A stretch of DNA of 63,383 nt, filler included, from Trichosphaerium sp. ATCC 40318 (lineage: Eukaryota; Protista; Tubulinea): the NCBI GenBank assembly GCA_038496445.1. It is 4 parts of 4 records of this genome, joined end to end, with 100 filler letters (N's around TTAATTAATTAA, not from the genome) between each part and the next. Parts side by side here need not be neighbours in the genome. Positions count along the whole stretch, not along the records: positions 59,268 to 63,383 come from JALMLS010000154.1; 3 more parts are not named here. One strand, given 5' to 3'. The translations under genes were made by a program, and so were the position numbers. Under the pieces are notes generated by a model that was not told where the DNA came from, ran no database searches, and saw only the letters and a list, made by a program, of their open reading frames with translations. Each line of letters starts with the position of its first letter. Within the stretch, counting starts at the first letter, position 1. Shown here in pieces: positions 61,103 to 63,383 of this stretch.

Positions 61103-62772
61103 ATGTGTGGTCCAACTCATAAAAAAGGATGCAGAATTTGTATTCAAGATAGAAAAACATGTGCCGATTATGGATTAAAAATGCTACGTAACATTGATGG
61201 AATCAAACAACTTATTGTTTCTGTATGTGCAAATTTTATGGTGTAATTTAATTGTGTTAGGACAATTTGAAATCTGGCAGCAAACAATTAAACAGCATTT
61301 TTGGCATTCATAAAAAAAGCCCTTTATTTGATCTATTACCTTATGGCTTTAATTTATTTTGGCATACTCCATACTGTCCTTTTCATAATATATTTTTGGG
61401 ATTATTTAAAAATATATTCATTGCAACTATAACATGGATGGAAAATCAGAATTGGATATCTGGCAATACCATCAAACCTCAAAAAGAGCTATTGCACAAA
61501 ATAGTAGAAAAAAGAAAAAATGAATATCAAAGTTTACATGGAGTACATATAGCAAAGTATGATAATATAATCATAAATACTTATATTTTAATAGAACCAA
61601 GCCAATTTGGAACAACTCTTCAGAATTATCTTTAAAATCCTGGGATGGCACTGACTGCCGTTCAATGTTACGTATGATTTTATGGGTTTTCAAAGGGTTG
61701 CTGCCCAAATCCGATGATTTGCAAGACATTGCTGTAAGTAGCATTGATAATGAAGAACAAGAATGGATTTATAATCCAGAAGATAATGATGCAATGGATA
61801 CATGGTACAAATAACAGTATTTTTAAATATTAATTAATGTAAGGATTTTATTTCTTAAATACATAGAAACAACTCAAAAGCCAAAACTTACATGTGAAGA
61901 AGTTGACAATCTTATTGAAAGCTACAAAAAAGTGTACAATGCACTGAAACAGTCTTTTCCAGGTAAAATTATTGTTATACAATAATATTAATCAATATTA
62001 AACAAGCTTTAAACATGGACACTTGTAATTTTCATGTTCCTTTCCATTATGCCTTTATGGTAAAACAATTTGGTACTTTTAAAAGCTTCAGGTATGTATT
62101 TATAAGTAATGCATATTAATTTTTATCTAAGCACTTATGCTTGTGAACGGCGTCAAAAAACGATCAAAAATTGGAAAAAGAGCATTAAAAACAAAAACAA
62201 AATACAGTATGTTGTTTTTCTTACATTTTCAAACAACTGATTTAAATTAGAGAATTGATGAATAAAGAATTGACACACATGCAATTAAAGTTTAGTGAAG
62301 AACAAATAACTTCTATTTTCAAATCATATGGTTTTTCTTATGACAAATCTTGTATTACAGTACATCATTGGAAGTTGAGTACGTATTGCAGTAACATCTT
62401 CAAAAATCTTAAAATTTCATAGCATCCAGAGAAAATAATAGAAAGTTGACAGAGGCTGAACAATTTATTTTCAAACGTGATACTAATCAAGGAGTATTAA
62501 TGCCAAAAAGTATGTTTGCTACTTACAATGGATTGCACCACACTGCCAAAGATTTAGTTATTATGTGCTCTCGGAAAACATGGTTTAAAGCACACCATCC
62601 TTGTATTAAACACAAATTTGTTTATGTTGCTACGACAGATATTTTACAATGTTGTGATCACAGTGATGACATATTTGTATTTGGAGATGCATTGGTTGTT
62701 GACAGCAACCAACCATATGATACAATTACACAATTATCAAGGTTCAATATAATATTATATCTGAATTGTTAA
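61103..62772 (+). pseudogene. 5'-truncated, intron-containing CMC/CACTA-like transposase (shorter inverted copy 59799-61053)
   Basis: CRIC, PYCPFHNIFLGLFK (H..LG motif), KSWDGTDCR and NFHVPFHYAFMVKQFG...YACERRQ (HxxxH...FG...ER). Confidence 0.75.
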
Positions 62773-63015
62773 TTAACTAATGTCAAAAGATTGTGTGTAG
62801 ATGATGACTTTAACACTGTGTGTATTACATCAGGCAACATTCTGGGAAATATAGCTATAGTGCCTGATCCGATGGAACAAAATGTGTATTTAGAAAACCA
62901 TTATGAACATACTATCCCAAATTAATAAATAACAATATAGAAATGTACACAAAATACTTTATAACACTATCTGCAACAACTAAAAGAAACATAAAATAAA
63001 AATTATGACAATTTA

Positions 63016-63190
63016 TCGGAACCCGTACGGGTTGAGTACGGGTCAAAAGTACGGAACCCGTACGGGTTAAGTACGAGTCAAAAGTACGGAACCCGTACGG
63101 GTTTTGTACGGGTCAAAAGTACGGAACCCGTACGGGTTGAGTACGGGTCAAAAGTACGGGTTCCGTACGGGTTTAGTACAGGTCAAAATC
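63016..63190 (+). repeat. Subterminal ~35-bp tandem repeats (inverted counterpart 59365-59551)
   Basis: Units of GTACGGAACCCGTACGGGTTNNGTACGGGTCAAAA with internal palindrome AACCCGTACGGGTT. Confidence 0.92.
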
Positions 63191-63383
63191 CCGATTCCAG
63201 TACTGATGTTTTGGGCACATTTTGGAAACATTTATTTTCCATGCATATGGCACATTTTAGGCATGCATATTTTGTTTGATTCCACCACTGTTTGTTAAGG
63301 AAAAAAAGTAAAATGTTGTCAGTCCAAGGTTTTGTAATATTGGAACTGTTTCGAGGCATCAGGAGTCGATTTAGGTGTTGGGA

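Larger units (their letters stand above)
59268..63281. mobile_element. Fold-back of two inverted 3' halves of a CACTA/EnSpm-like (CMC) DNA transposon
   Basis: Arms 59268-61053 and 61518-63281 are reverse complements around a 464-bp spacer. Confidence 0.85.

Noticed and set aside
63016-63190. Palindromic 35-bp repeats as CRISPR, or the small ORFs over them as genes
   Set aside because: No unique spacers; the position fits transposon subterminal repeats; the ORFs just translate the repeat.

Overview
AT-rich eukaryotic DNA with many short (about 40-60 nt) spliceosomal introns. It is most likely an amoebozoan protist: there is a Roco kinase, a DUSE-like snRNA promoter and a TRE/L1-like retroelement. 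The window joins four contigs through artificial N-TTAATTAATTAA-N linkers (24214-24313, 47329-47428, 59168-59267), so adjacency across these points means nothing. Host genes: TBC RabGAP, actin-related protein, GST, proline iminopeptidase, two paralogous surface proteins, AP-3 delta, ERdj3-like DnaJ, Pth, BTB protein, NSRP1-like, sulfatase, WD40 protein, GGCT-like and an ankyrin-LRR-Roc-COR-kinase. Mobile and accessory DNA: a complete non-LTR retrotransposon (19-bp TSD, poly-A) with an unusual hydrophobic upstream ORF in frame with the EN-RT ORF, a fold-back made of two CACTA-like 3' halves, a decayed inverted-repeat element, and intronless frameshifted LRR and MORN genes. The ORF track misses two divergent U2 snRNA genes and four copies of an unassigned ~90-nt three-hairpin module next to them. 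It also misses several long structured introns and recurrent GC-AG introns. Gene boundaries were assembled by eye and are approximate; no searches were run.
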